Shown here: piece after piece, positions 1 through 13,389 of the stretch
How positions within the stretch are numbered: position 1 is the stretch's first letter
Layout: each line of letters starts with the position of its first letter
NCBI RefSeq assembly: GCF_032444005.1
Contig: NC_091286.1
Location: 460,598,001-460,662,000 of the forward strand
DNA length: 64,000 nt
Source of the DNA: Ranitomeya imitator
Lineage: Eukaryota
Reading direction: 5' to 3'
Notes under the pieces: generated by a model
What the model was told of the DNA's origin: nothing
Databases searched by the model: none
Seen by the model: only the letters and a program-made list of their open reading frames with translations
Position numbers and translations under genes: made by a program

Positions 1-326
1 CATTTTTCCACAAAAATAATCTTTTAACACAAAAGTTTTCATTTTCACAAGGGTATCAGGAGAAAATGGACCATATAAATTGCTATGCAATTTCTCTTGA
101 AACTTCATGTGTGGATGAAAACCACTGTTTAGGCACACAGCAGGACCAGGAAAGGAAGGTGCAAGGTTTGACTTTTTGAACACAAAATTGGCTGAAATCG
201 AGATTGACCGCCAAGTCACATTTTGAGAGCCCCTGATGTTCAACAGTGGAACCCCCCACAAGTGACAACATTATGGAGACTAGACCCCTCAAGGAACTTA
301 TCTAGATGCGTGGTGAACAGCTTGAG
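1..326. repeat. Diverged single copy of the ~387-bp repeat unit found inside the piggyBac-like element at 30930-41925
   Basis: Shares motifs attttcacaagggt, aaaccactgttt, gagcccctgatgt, ccccacaagtgac and gaacttatctagatg, in the same order as the units at 31400-39860. Confidence 0.75.
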
Positions 327-572
327 GGGCCATGTGCCAGTGCCAACGAGTATGCCCCCCCTACCTGATGAAGGAACCTGCACTTTCATCTGCACCTTCC
401 TATTTGTCCCCGTGTAAGGTGGTATAGTATGCGGGAAGGGGAACCTGACTTTCAGCAAGGTCAGATTCTGGCTGTGTAGAGTGCAAGGGGAATGTAGTGA
501 TCTGGGTCAATGTACCAGGAGACTCATCTAGCAGTGGATGGGCAATGGGCAGGATGAGGAGGAAACACAGAT

Positions 573-1112
573 ATAGGCCCAAAATAAAAAAGTAGGCTAA
601 AAGCAGTTCAAAATTGGTAACAGGACTAAACAGGTGGCATAGCTTTGTTAAGTGGAGGACAATTGTAATGAGTGGCGCAGACACAGGTAGTAGGCCCAAA
701 ATAAAAAATTAGGCTAAATTCAGTTCAAAATTGGTAACAGGACTAAATAGGCGGCATAGCTTTGTTCTGTGGAGGACAATTGTAATGAGTGGCGCAGACA
801 CAGGCAGTAGGCCCAAATTACAAAAGTAGGCTAAATGCAGTTCAAAATTGGTAACAGGACTAAACAGGCGGCATAGCTTTGTTAAGTGGAGGACAATTGT
901 AATGAGTGGCGCAGACACAGGTAGTGGGCCCATAATAAAAAATTAGGCTAAATTCAGTTCAAAATTGGTAACAGGACTAAACAGGCGGCATAGCTTTGTT
1001 AAGTGGAGGACAATTGTAATGAGTGGCGCAGACACAGGTAGTAGGCCCAAAATACAAAAGTAGGCTAAAAGCAGTTCAAAATTGGTAACAGGACTAAAAA
1101 GGCGGCATAGCT
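573..1112. repeat. 117-bp tandem repeat, ~4.6 copies
   Basis: Unit starts (taggccc/tgggccc) at 573, 691, 808, 925 and 1042. Confidence 0.95.
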
Positions 1113-1166
1113 AGGTACTGGGGTGGGCTCCTCTGCTGAGTAGCAGACAGTGGTAGTAGGCGCAAA

Positions 1167-1844
1167 CTATTCCCGAATGCTTTGGCCTTGCGACGATAGC
1201 TCCACATTTGCTGCTGGTGGTGTCCTAACCGGTGGGCTTAAAGTGAGGGAAGCAATGTAGCGTTGCTGACTATATTCATTCTGAGCAGGTGCACCAACGG
1301 TACGGGATGTTTGGTAGTTATTCCAGGCTTGCAAGTGCATGCTGGTTAAATGTCTAAGCATGCATGTTGTATTTAAATTTTGAAGATTCTTCCCTCTGCT
1401 AAAGGTCTTTGAGCATTTCTTACAGATAACTTTTGACTGATCATTCGGATCTTGGTTAAAAAATTCCCACACTGCACTCTTCCTACTATGGAATACCTTT
1501 TTAGGCATTGCACGCTGTGCTACTTTCACCAGATGGCCACGCTGTCCTAAAACTGTTTTTGTTTTTGACAAACGTTTTTGGCCTGATACGGGCCTGCCAG
1601 ATGACAGCTGTTGCAATGTAGATGGCTGCTGCGGAACATCCTCCTCCGCTTCTGAGCTACTGGCAGTGGCACCCTCTTCCCCCAATGGCTGCCAATCTGG
1701 GTCAACAACTGGGTCATCTATCACCTCCCCTTCAATGTCATGTGCACCTTCCTCTCTGTCACCGTGTAAGGTGCTATAGCGTTCGGGACGGGGCATCATA
1801 GTCTCATCAGGGTCAGATTCTGGCTCAGTACACTGTGAGGGCAA
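1167..1844 (-). pseudogene. hAT transposase N-terminal fragment with BED zinc finger
   Basis: SAVWEFF...VICKKC...CMLRHLTSMH fits the BED W/F-CxxC-H-H pattern. Decayed upstream coding sequence extends to ~2373 (MRKSRGRGR...). Confidence 0.8.
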
Positions 1845-2456
1845 TGTAGTGATCTAACTCAATGGAACAGCATTATAATCTAGCTGTGGCTTTGCATCAG
1901 TGCACTCCATGTCTGATTCATCTTGTAATAGGCAGTTAACAATTTCCCGTTCTAACCCAGGCACAGTATGTGTAAAGAGCTCCATGGAGTAACCTGTAGT
2001 GTCGCCTGACGCATCCTTCACTTTTGGTTTGGGTGAAGGACACAAGGAAACGTCTTGTTCCTGACCGGGAGCATCCACTGACGACTCGCTGCTTTTATAT
2101 TTGCAACTTTCTGAAGAGAAGGCGAAAGCTAGAGGCTGAGTCAGCAATGAAAGCAAAAATTTTTCCTGCTGCTCCGGCTTTAAAAGCCATTTTCTTACTC
2201 CCAGAAAAGGGAGCCTTCAAGGCCTTGTGTAGCCAGACGATGACGCTGGCTCAACACCTCCAGCCTTAGGTGCTATTGTGCTTTTGCCACTACCACCAGA
2301 TGCACCACCACCACCACCATCAGTACCAGCTGGCAACTACCGCTCACGGCCTCTTCCACGAGACTTCCTCATTTTTTGGAAAATCTAACCAAAATAACAA
2401 CCGTTATATGGTACTGTAAAACAAGGTAGAAGGTGTATATAAACAGTTGAGGAGTT

Positions 2457-3085
2457 GAAACTCCCTTTTTTTTGAGGAGACTGACCCAAAACTCATGCCC
2501 AGTGTATATAACAACGCAATCTAAGTGGCAGAAAGTGGCTGGCTGACATACACCAAACTAACAGGACTGCAGTAGATTCACTTTGTGAGAATTTGAAACT
2601 CCCTTTTTTGGGGGGAGATTGACCCAAAACTCAGGCCCAGTGTATATTACAATGCAATCTAAGGGGCAGAAAGTGGCTGGCTGACATACACCAAACTAAC
2701 AGGACTGCAGTAGATCCACTTTGTGAGAATTTGAAACTCCCTTTTTTTGGGGGAGACTGGCCCAAAACTCAGGCCCAGTGTATATAACAACGCAATCTAA
2801 GTGGCAGAAAGTGGCTGGCTGACATACACCAAACTAACAGGACTGTAGAAGATCCACTTTATGAGAATTTGAAACTCCCTTTTTTTGGGGGAGATTGACC
2901 CAAAACTCAGGCCCAGAGTATATAACAACGCAATCTAAGTGGCAGAAAGAGGCTGGCTGACATACACCAAACTAACAGGACTGCAGTAGATCCACTTTGT
3001 GAGAATTTGAATCTCCTCTTTTTGGGGGGGAACTGACCCAAAACTCAGGCGCAGTGTATATAACAACGCAATCTAAGTGGCTGAA
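2457..3085. repeat. 138-bp tandem repeat, ~4.6 copies
   Basis: gaaactcc/gaatctcc unit starts at 2457, 2595, 2733, 2871 and 3009. Confidence 0.95.
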
Positions 3086-4200
3086 AGTGGCTGGAAGATA
3101 TATGAAAAAATACAAGGACTGTAGTACAATTTCAATCTCCCTACAATGATCTCAGGAAAAGTATGGCAGCAATAAAAAGGACTGCTGCACACAAAAGTGT
3201 GGACAAATAAACAAGATAACTGTGCAGAAAGGAGCAACAGGATGTTTGCTTTTAAAAAAGCAGTTGGTTTGCACAGCAGCGTTCAAACAGCAATGCAGCT
3301 ATCAGGGAGCCTTATAGGGCAGCCTAATAAGCTACAGAGCTGATGCAGAAAAATATAGCCTCCACTGTCCCTGCAAACAAATGGTGGTGTTGAACAGTGG
3401 AAATCGCTACAGCACAAGCAGTTTCGGGGCTTAATCTTCCCTCCCTAACTATATCCCTTCTTCTGATGAAGCTGCGGCAACCTCTCCCTATGCTACGATC
3501 GGCAGAAGTAGGATGGCGGTCGGCGTGCATGCCCCTTTATAGACCCTGTGATGCCGCAGAAAGCAAGCCAATTACTGTCATGCCCTTCTCTAAGATGGTG
3601 GGGACCGAGACCTATGTCATCACGCTCCCCACACTCTGCGTCCTCCTTCATTGGCTGAAAAATGGCACTGAAATCGTCATACGAAACGTGACTTTGACGC
3701 GAAGATCACCGCCCTCATGGCCGATCCCACACTAGGATCGGGTTGGGTTTCATGAAACCCGACTTTACCGAAAGTCGGCGATTTTTGAATTTGTCCGATC
3801 CGTTTCGCTCAACCCTATACACCAGTACTTTAATTAGAGATAAGTATACACTAATATAACCTTATAACCCCATAAAGTGGCCATACTGTGCTCAGATAAC
3901 AGGTCTGTGCAGGCAGTCAGTAGAGGATTATTAAGCTCTGGACTTTATAGGAATCTACAGCACTGATCTGATTTCGAGAGAGGTAACGAGGACCTTTCTG
4001 CTGTCTTTACTTGCTTTTGTTAGTGGATACTTGGAAACAATTATGGAGATTTTTTTGCATTATATCATTCCTCTGTTATTTCTCCTGAAAATATATGAAT
4101 AAACTGAGAAATGGCTGACACCATTCATCTGTGTCCCTATCCAGTCTAATCTTGGCTGATCATTGCCGACAGTATCAGACTGTATGGATGCATCTTATTT

Positions 4201-4389
4201 AGTCACACACAGCGAGATATGGCCGAGTCTCGCAGGGTAAAACCAAGCTCTGGAGCCAGCACTCCGGAGCGGAAGGTGCAGCCGCTTAGCAATACATGGA
4301 GCTGCACGCTCCGCTTCAGAGTACCGCTGCCAGAGCTTGGTTTTAACCTGCGAGACTCAGCCGTATCTCGCTGTAGTGTGACTCCGGCC
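4201..4389. mobile_element. Palindromic MITE, probably PIF/Harbinger-type, with the left tip eroded
   Basis: Arms agtcacacacagcgagatatggccgagtctcgcagggtaaaaccaagctctgg and ccagagcttggttttaacctgcgagactcagccgtatctcgctgtagtgtgact are inverted copies. The right end is ...ccggcc followed by TTA. Confidence 0.7.
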
Positions 4390-4627
4390 TTAGGAGGGGA
4401 ATGGTAATCCATAGTTGTCAGTTAGGCTACAGATTTTGCAATGCGACTGATTGATCGAGTGACAGCTGCAGTTATGCGCACTGCACAGCACACAGTAAAT
4501 TGCTTTGTACAGCAGCTGTAACCCTATAGGAAACATCAGGTTGTCTCTGCTTAGGGTAGGAGCAATACGCACATTTCCAGGAGTAGCAACAGAGGAACTG
4601 CACAACAAAGGGTCCACAGGCTTTATA

Positions 4628-6212
4628 CACTGCTCAAAAAAATAAAAATAAAAGGAACACTTAAACAACAGAATATAACTCCAAATAAATCAAACTTCTG
4701 TTAAATCAAACTGTCCACTTAGGAAGCAACACTGTTTGACAATCAATTTCATATGGTGTTGTGCAAATGGAATAGACAACAGATGGAAATTATTGGCAAT
4801 TATCAAGACACACTCAATAAAGGAATGGTTCTGCAGGTGGTGACCACAGACTACATCTCAGTACCAATGTTTTCTGGCTGATATTTTGGTCACTTTTGAA
4901 TGTTGGTTGTGCTTTCACACTCGTGGCAGCATGAGATGGACTCTACAACCCACACAAGTGGCTCAGGTAGTGCAGCTCATCCAGGATGACACATCAATGC
5001 AAGCTGTGGCAAGAAGGTTTGCTGTGTCTGTCAGCGTAGTGTCCAGAGACTGGAGGCACTACCAGGAGATGGGCCAGTACACCAGGAGACGTGGAGGGGG
5101 TGTAGGAGGGCAACAACCCAGCAGCGGCACAGCTACCTCAGACTTTGTGCAAGGTGGAACAGGAGGAGCACTGCCAGAGACCTTCAGAATGACCTCCAGC
5201 AGGCCACAAATGTGCATGTGTTTGCACAAACGGTTAGAAACCTACTCCATGAGGATGGTCTGAGTGCCCAACGTCCACAGATGGGGGTTGTGCTCACAGC
5301 CCAACACCATGCAGGACGCTTGGCATTTGCCACAGAACACCAGGATTGGCAAATTCGCCACTGGCGCCCTGTGCTCTTCACAGATGAAAGCAGGTTCACA
5401 CTGAGTACATGTGACAAAAGTGACAGAGCCTGGAGATGCCGTGGAGAGCGATCTGTTGCCTGCAACATCCTTCAGCATTACCGGTTTGGCAGTGTGTCAG
5501 TAATGGTGTGGGGTGGCATTTCTTTGGAGGGCCACACAGACCTCCATGTGCTCACCAGAGGTAGCCTGACTGCCATTAGGTACCAAGATGAGATCCTCAG
5601 ACCCTTTGTGAGACCATATGCTGGTGCGGTTGGCCCTGGATTCCTCCTAATGCAGGACAATGCCAGACCTCATGTGGCTAGAGTGTGTCAGCCGTTCCTG
5701 CAAGATGAAGGCATTGAAGCTATGGACTGGCCCGCCCATTCCCCAGTCCTGAAACCGATTGAACACATCTGGGACATCATGTCTCGCACCGTCCACCAAC
5801 GTCACGTTGCACCACAAACTGTCCAGGAGTTGCTGGATGCTTTAGTCCCGGTCTGGGAGGAGATCCCTCAGGAGACCATCCGCTGCCTCCTCAGGAGCAT
5901 GCCCAGGCATTGTAGGCAGGTCATACAAGCACGTGGAGGCCACACACACTACTGAGCATCATTTCCTTGTCTTGAGGCATTTCCACTGAAGTTGGATCAG
6001 CCTGTAACTTCATTTTCCACTTTGATCTTGAGCATCATTCCAACTCCCGACCTCCGTGGGATATTAGTTGTGATTTACTTTGATAATTTTTAGGTTTTAT
6101 TGTTCTCAACACATTCCACTATGTAATGAATAAAGATTTACAACTGGAATATGTAATTCAGTGATATCTAGGATGTGGGATTTTAGTGTTCCCTTTATTT
6201 TTTTGAGTAATG
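4628..6212 (+). mobile_element. Tc1/mariner transposon A (full length, decayed)
   Basis: TA|CACTGCTCAAAAAAAT... ...TTTTTTTGAGTAATG|TA imperfect TIRs with TA TSD, enclosing a transposase. Confidence 0.92.
4931..5955 (+). pseudogene. Frameshifted Tc1 transposase
   Basis: HTH region in ORF 4886-5263. Catalytic motifs [15 protein letters not shown] and LKPIEHIW lie in ORF 5212-5955. Confidence 0.9.
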
Positions 6213-7216
6213 TATATTAAAGAGGTTGTCCACTACTAAGACAACCCCTTCTTGATGTAAATGTTCAGCCCCGATAAAATAATAAAGTCTATACTCTCCT
6301 CCCATGTCGGCGCCATTCCCGTGGTGTCGGCAGTCGTTCTCCCCGAGGCTCTCATGCGGTGTTGTGTCACACATGTAATAGTTTGTGAAAATATAAAGAG
6401 AGACCTCAGCGGCCACATAAAACCGACATGATAATCAGCGTGGACCTTGAACGCACCTATCTCTAAATCTACATGTAGTGAAATAACCACTGTTTTACTG
6501 CGTGGTCATTATTTAATGACCTAATGATAAATATGAGAATGCAGAAATACTGGATCCCACCCGTGCTCTGAAGTTGTTCACACAGTGCTTTTTTATGTCA
6601 GTTTTCTGCTAAAATAAAATGCAGAGTGTTGGCAGGAAAAATGCTGCTCACATTATGTGCATTTTGGTTGCATTCATTTAAAAAGGTCAAAGAAATGCAG
6701 CAAAATACTGGAAGAATTGAAACGCAGCAATTTTTTAAAACAACACACAATAGCTCAAAACACAAGGAAAAATATTTTGCGGCTACTGTAAGACCCTCAC
6801 TTATATATACATACAGTATACAGGTATATGACGTCTACTGGCGCATTATAGATGAGGTGTGTTATTAAAGATGAGGCTCTTCGAGGGTGATAATTGATGA
6901 ACATACACACGTTGTGTGCTGGCTTTAGGGTACAGAGCGCAGTGCTCACCTGCAGACAAGGCCGCTCTAGAGTCACTCTACACTGATAGCACCACATATA
7001 CCAGCACCCTGGGGATCATTTATCAGGAGGGTCTGTTACACCAGGGGTCCAATGGGAATCTGCCAGGAAGTGTTAATTATGACTTCGGGCCTGATCACAC
7101 ATACACTAGAACCATAGGCAGTACAGGCTCACACACTTATTTATCAACAGGAAAATACACAAACTGTACACTATACATTAACTAAAATATACACTACAGA
7201 TACACTATTACATATA

Positions 7217-8822
7217 CAGTGGGGCAAAAAAGTATTTAGTCAGTCAGCAATAGTGCAAGTTCCACTACTTAAAAAGATGAGAGGCGTCTGTAATTTACAT
7301 CATAGGTAGACCTCAACTATGGGAGACAAACTGAGAAAAAAAAATCCAGAAAATCACATTGTCTGTTTTTTTAACATTTTATTTGCATATTATGGTGGAA
7401 AATAAGTATTTGGTCAGAAACAAACAATCAAGATTTCTGGCTCTCACAGACCTGTAACGTCTTCTTTAAGAGTCTCCTCTTTCCTCCACTCATTACCTAT
7501 AGTAATGGCACCTGTTTAAACTTGTTATCAGTATAAAAAGACACCTGTGCACACCCTCAAACAGTCTGACTCCAAACTCCACTATGGTGAAGACCAAAGA
7601 GCTGTCAAAGGACACCAGAAACAAAATTGTAGCCCTGCACCAGGCTGGGAAGACTGAATCTGCAATAGCCAACCAGCTTGGAGTGAAGAAATCAACAGTG
7701 GGAGCAATAATTAGAAAATGGAAGACATACAAGACCACTGATAATCTCCCTCGATCTGGGGCTCCACGCAAAATCCCACCCCGTGGGGTCAGAATGATCA
7801 CAAGAACGGTGAGCAAAAATCCCAGAACCACGCGGGGGGACCTAGTGAATGAACTGCAGAGAGCTGGGACCAATGTAACAAGGCCTACCATAAGTAACAC
7901 ACTACGCCACCATGGACTCAGATCCTGCAGTGCCAGACGTGTCCCACTGCTTAAGCCAGTACATGTCCGGGCCCTTCTGAAGTTTGCTAGAGAGCATTTG
8001 GATGATCCAGAGGAGTTTTGGGAGAATGTCCTATGGTCTGATGAAACCAAACTGGAACTGTTTGGTAGAAACACAACTTGTCGTGTTTGGAGGAAAAAGA
8101 ATACTGAGTTGCATCCATCAAACACCATACCTACTGTAAAGCATGGTGGTGGAAACATCATGCTTTGGGGCTGTTTCTCTGCAAAGGGGCCAGGACGACT
8201 GATCCGGGTACATGAAAGAATGAATGGGGCCATGTATCGTGAGATTTTGAGTGCAAACCTCCTTCCATCAGCAAGGGCATTGAAGATGAAACGTGGCTGG
8301 GTCTTTCAACATGACAATGATCCAAAGCACACCGCCAGGGCAACGAAGGAGTGGCTTCGGAAGAAGCATTTCAAGGTCCTGGAGTGGCCTAGCCAGTCTC
8401 CAGATCTCAACCCTATAGAAAACCTTTGGAGGGAGTTGAAAGTCCGTGTTGCCAAGCGAAAAGCCAAAAACATCACTGCTCTAGAGGAGATCTGCATGGA
8501 GGAATGGGCCAACATACCAACAACAGTGTGTGGCAACCTTGTGAAGACTTACAGAAAACGTTTGACCTCTGTCATTGCCAACAAAGGATATATTACAAAG
8601 TATTGAGATTAAATTTTGTTTCTGACCAAATACTTATTTTCCACCATAATATGCAAATAAAATGTTAAAAAAACAGACAATGTGATTTTCTGGATTTTTT
8701 TTTCTCAGTTTGTCTCCCATAGTTGAGGTCTACCTATGATGTAAATTACAGACGCCTCTCATCTTTTTAAGTGGTGGAACTTGCACTATTGCTGACTGAC
8801 TAAATACTTTTTTGCCCCACTG
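7217..8822 (+). mobile_element. Tc1/mariner transposon B, intact, with ~205-bp TIRs
   Basis: TA|CAGTGGGGCAAAAAAGTATTTAG... ...CTAAATACTTTTTTGCCCCACTG|TA. The long TIRs are nearly identical. Confidence 0.98.
7584..8606 (+). CDS. Intact 340-aa Tc1 DD34E transposase (resembles the Passport/Eagle-Glan group, from recall)
   Basis: Paired-like HTH, GRPR-like [19 protein letters not shown] and NPIENLW, with 34 residues between the second D and E. No stops. Confidence 0.96.
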   Translation: MVKTKELSKDTRNKIVALHQAGKTESAIANQLGVKKSTVGAIIRKWKTYKTTDNLPRSGAPRKIPPRGVRMITRTVSKNPRTTRGDLVNELQRAGTNVTRPTISNTLRHHGLRSCSARRVPLLKPVHVRALLKFAREHLDDPEEFWENVLWSDETKLELFGRNTTCRVWRKKNTELHPSNTIPTVKHGGGNIMLWGCFSAKGPGRLIRVHERMNGAMYREILSANLLPSARALKMKRGWVFQHDNDPKHTARATKEWLRKKHFKVLEWPSQSPDLNPIENLWRELKVRVAKRKAKNITALEEICMEEWANIPTTVCGNLVKTYRKRLTSVIANKGYITKY

Positions 8823-8839
8823 TACAAGGATCGTTTTAT

Positions 8840-8863
8840 TATATATATATATATATATATATA
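8840..8863. repeat. (TA)n microsatellite
   Basis: About 12 TA units. Confidence 0.95.
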
Positions 8864-10518
8864 CATACACTATACATTACATACAACATACACTACAGAT
8901 ACACTTACATATAGAAGGTTCATCTGCAGTAAACCCATACACACTCATTTAGAAACAAGAAAATACATATACTGTACACTACATATTACATACTATCATA
9001 CTCACACTGTTATATATACTTACCTATGCTGCAGAAGGACATTCACCACCTGCCCCATCATCCCAGAACAGCAGACAGCCAGGGCAGACATCAGTAGGAA
9101 GAGTCCACAGCACAGCAGAAGACTATGAGCGGCTGCTTCCTCTTCCTGGGCAGGCACTTTGTCACCCTCTCCCCTTCCTCAGTCCCGACTGCCACTGGTG
9201 ATGGGAGTACAGGGAGACTTGTACACTGCAGTTTCCTCTCCAGTATTTGTGTTAATGAGGGACAGTGTAATTTAGTGCAGTGCTCGTAGATTGTTCCCAC
9301 AGGAATAGTGTGGGCTGGGGGACCCTCCTGCAGCCCAGTGAGAAGCCCTAGTTCTGGAGCCACAAGGAGGCAGCATCACAGAATTGCTGACCTTTCCTGG
9401 CTCCAATCTCTTGCTGCTGCTGCTGTCATGTTCAGGAGTAGGTGAGGATGACAGAATATGGAGGCGGAGCCAGTGCTGGAAGCGGCACCGAGCACTGCAC
9501 AGAGCAAGTGCTCGCGTCTTCTGCAGTGAGTGCGGCCGCATCAGACAGGAGCGATGCAGTCACCTCATAATGCCTCCAGACCAGCAGGAAAGTGCCACCT
9601 CTGTCCTTGGGGCCCAGTTAGGTGGGGCCCGAAGTGTGTGAAACATGCTGCCAGCGTGTCTCAGTCAGTCCTGGCACTCCCTTTTTGCCTCTGATCACCG
9701 GGCCCCTTACACAGGTAAGGGTAGTAATGCCTTGATGGCGGCCCTGGGCGTCAGCGGCATGAAACCAGGATATTTTAGCTCCAGCATACTAAGTGTTGGG
9801 AGGGCTAAAGAAAGCTGCATACATGGGCTGGCTTTATGTGAGCACTTAGAGTGGGCGGGAGAGTGCTCACCATACCTCTTCCTGCATAGCCATCACCGGC
9901 ATGTGTACTAGCAGGACTTGCAGTGATGTAACAATCATATGATCATCACATGGTCCTGGTTAAATACATGGACATGAGAGACAGTCTGTGTGGTGTCTTG
10001 GGAGAGGAGGTACTCCCACAGAGCTCCAATGAGGAATGGAATACATTGCCAGGTGTCTGCAGGTTGAAACCTGCAGCGAAAAGAACTCTGTTATACTTTA
10101 TTTGTTTTTTTCCATTAAGCCATAAAGACTCTGCTTTTGTTTTCTGACTCCTGCCTTGGTGTATGCTGACTTCAATAAACCAGCACGTGTTTCACCACCA
10201 AAGTGTTCCTGTGTCTACCTGAGAAAGCAGCTAAGCGTGGCAACCCTTCATAATGCCTAAAAAGACAGACACAACTGGGTCATAGGCCAGACGGCGTCCT
10301 CAGTGCCTCTATCGGCCTCAGTTTATGGGAATCTTCCACTGGGAGTTCCGTCTGAATCATGTACCGTTCAGACCAAAAGTTTGGACACACCTTCTCATTT
10401 AAAGATTTTTCTGTATTTTCATGACTATAAAATTGTAAATTCACACTGAAGGCATCAAAACTATGAATTAACACATGTGGAATTATATACTTAACAAAAA
10501 AGTGTGAAACAACTGAAA

Positions 10519-13384
10519 CTAACAAGATGGAAGAACTAGAAGCAGAAATATCTACAGGTAACTTTGACATAGTGGGAATAACCGAGACATGGTTAGATAA
10601 AAGCTATGACTGGGCAGTTAACTTACAGGGTTACAGTCTGTTTAGAAAGGATCGTAAAAATCGGGGAGGAGGAGGGGTTTGTCTCTATGTAAAGTCTTGT
10701 CTAAAGTCCACTTTAAGGGAGGATATTAGCAAAGGGAATGAGGATGTCGAGTCCATATGGGTCGACATTCATGGAGGGAAAAATGGTAACAAAATTCTCA
10801 TTGGGGTCTGTTACAAACCCCCAAATATAACAGAAACCATGGAAAGTCTACTTCTAAAGGAGATAGATGAAGCTGCAACCCATAATGAGGTCCTGGTTAT
10901 GGGGGACTTTAACTACACGGATATTAACTGGGAAACAGAAACCTGTGAAACCCATAAAGGCAACAGGTTTCTGCTAATAACCAAGAAAAATTATCTTTCA
11001 CAATTGGTGCAGAATCCAACCAGAGGAGCAGCACTTTTAGACCTAATACTATCTAATAGACCTGACAGAATAACAAATCTGCAGGTGGTCGGGCATCTAG
11101 GAAATAGCGACCACAATATTGTACAGTTTCACCTGTCTTTCACTAGGGGGACTTGTCAGGGAGTCACAAAAACACTGAACTTTAGGAAGGCAAAGTTTGA
11201 CCAGCTTAGAGATGCCCTTAATCTGGTAGACTGGGACAATATCCTCAGAAATAAGAATACAGATAATAAATGGAAAATGTTTAAGAACATCCTAAATAGG
11301 CACTGTAAGCGGTTTATACCTTGTGGGAATAAAAGGACTAGAAATAGGAAAAACCCAATGTGGCTAAACAAAGAAGTAAGACAGGCAATTAACAGTAAAA
11401 AGAAAGCATTTGCACTACTAAAGCAGGATGGCACCATTGAAGCTCTAAAAAACTATAGGGAGAAAAATACTTTATCTAAAAAACTAATTTAAGCTGCCAA
11501 AAAGGAAACAGAGAAGCACATTGCTAAGGAGAGTAAAACTAATCCCAAACTGTTCTTCAACTATATCAATAGTAAAAGAATAAAAACTGAAAATGTAGGC
11601 CCCTTAAAAATAGTGAGGAAAGAATGGTTGTAGATGACGAGGAAAAAGCTAACATATTAAACACCTTCTTCTCCACGGTATTCACGGTGGAAAATGAAAT
11701 GCTAGGTGAAATCCCAAGAAACAATGACAACCCTATATTAAGGGTCACCAATCTAACCCAAGAAGAGGTGCGAAACCGGCTAAATAAGATTAAAATAGAT
11801 AAATCTCCGGGTCCGGATGGCATACACCCACGAGTACTAAGAGAACTAAGTAATGTAATAGATAAACCATTATTTCTTATTTTTAGGGACTCTATAGCGA
11901 CAGGGTCTGTTCCGCAGGACTGGCGCATAGCAAATGTGGTGCCAATATTCAAAAAGGGCTCTAAAAGTGAACCTGGAAATTATAGGCCAGTAAGTCTAAC
12001 CTCTATTGTTGGTAAAATATTTGAAGGGTTTCTGAGGGATGTTATTCTGGATTATCTCAATGAGAATAACTGTTTAACTCCATATCAGCATGGGTTTATG
12101 AGAAATCACTCCTGTCAAACCAATCTAATCAGTTTTTATGAAGAGGTAAGCTATAGGCTGGACCACGGTGAGTCATTGGACGTGGTATATCTCGATTTTT
12201 CCAAAGCGTTTGATACCGTGCCGCACAAGAGGTTGGTACACAAAATGAGAATGCTGGGTCTGGGGGAAAATGTGTGTAAATGGGTTAGTAACTGGCTTAG
12301 TGATAGAAAGCAGAGGGTGGTTATAAATGGTATAGTCTCTAACTGGGTCGCTGTGACCTGTGGGGTACCGCAGGGGTCGGTATTGGGACCTGTTCTCTTC
12401 AACATATTCATTAATGATCTGGTAGAAGGTTTACACAGTAAAATATTGATATTTGCAGATGATACAAAACTATGTAAAGCAGTTAATACAAGAGAAGATA
12501 GTATTCTGCTACAGATGGATCTGGATAAGTTGGAAACTTGGGCTGAAAGGTGGCAGATGAGTTTTAACAATGATAAATGTAAGGTTATACACATGGGAAG
12601 AAGGAATCAATATCACCATTACACACTGAACGGGAAACCACTGGGTAAATCTGACAGGGAGAAGGACTTGGGGATCCTAGTTAATGATAAACTTACCTGG
12701 AGCAGCCAGTGCCAGGCAGCAGCTGCCAAGGCAAACAGGATCATGGGGTGCATTAAAAGAGGTCTGGATACACATGATGAGAGCATTATACTGCCTCTGT
12801 ACAAATCCCTAATTAGACCGCACATGGAGTACTGTGTCCAGTTTTGGGCACCGGTGCTCAGGAAGGATATAATGGAACTAGAGAGAGTACAAAGGAGGGC
12901 AACAAAATTAATAAAGGGGATGGGAGAACTACAATACCTAGATAGATTAGCGAAATTAGGATTATTTAGTCTAGAAAAAAGACGACTGAGGGGCGATCTA
13001 ATAACCATGTATAAGTATATAAGGGGACAATACGAATATCTCGCTGAGGATTTGTTTATACCAAGGAAGGTGATGGGCACAAGGGGGCATTCTTTGCGTC
13101 TGGAGGAGAGAAGGTTTTTCCACCAACATAGAAGAGGATTCTTTACTGTTAGGGCAGTGAGAATCTGGAATTGCTTGCCTGAGGAGGTGGTGATGGCGAA
13201 CTCAGTCAAGGGGTTCAAGAGAGGCCTGGATGTCTTCCTGGAGCAGAACAATATTGTATCATACAATTATTAGGTTCTGTAGAAGGATGTAAATCTGGGG
13301 ATTTATTATGATGGAATATAGGCTGAACTGGATGGACAAATGTCTTTTTTCGGCCTTACTAACTATGTTACTATGTTACTATGT
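10519..13384 (+). mobile_element. 5'-truncated CR1-clade LINE
   Basis: APE endonuclease plus RT, a 3' hairpin (ggctgaactggatggac...gtcttttttcggcc) and an octamer tail (ACTATGTT)x3. No TSD. Confidence 0.95.
10527..13273 (+). pseudogene. CR1 ORF2 (EN+RT) with a nonsense codon at 11490 and a frameshift near 11610
   Basis: GITETW, YKPP, MGDFN, LDLIL and SDH (APE). [10 protein letters not shown] and FADD (RT). Confidence 0.95.
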
Positions 13385-13389
13385 ATGTG

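Larger units (their letters stand above)
330..3817 (-). mobile_element. Truncated/rearranged hAT DNA transposon
   Basis: The minus strand starts TAGGGTTGAGCGAAACGG at 3817, the same terminus class as TAGAGATGAGCGAAC (27572) and TAGTGATGAGTGAA (18905). It contains a BED zinc-finger ORF and two minisatellites. The other TIR and the catalytic domain were not found. Confidence 0.75.

Noticed and set aside
363-390. CCTGATGAAG resembling a hammerhead core
   Set aside because: There is no stem II or GAAA downstream. It is antisense hAT-derived coding sequence.
573-3085. Regular repeats (117 bp and 138 bp) as a CRISPR-like array
   Set aside because: Whole units repeat with no unique spacers, there are no cas genes, and the context is eukaryotic. 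These are ordinary minisatellites.
6217-6450. TTAAAGAGGTTGTCCACTAC resembling a T2/Kolobok MITE left end
   Set aside because: No matching right end or TSD was found, so it is too weak to list.
6950-9100. Possible minus-strand host exons (donor-like GTAAGT at 9023 and GTGAG at 6949; peptide WCYQC suggesting Ly6/uPAR)
   Set aside because: The splice phases do not join a signal-like frame to the CYQC frame without a stop. Such donor-like motifs are common in frog MITEs, and there is no recognisable protein.
9920-10250. Possible solo LTR (AATAAA, ends ...CCTTCA)
   Set aside because: I could not identify a TG start with a matching TSD.
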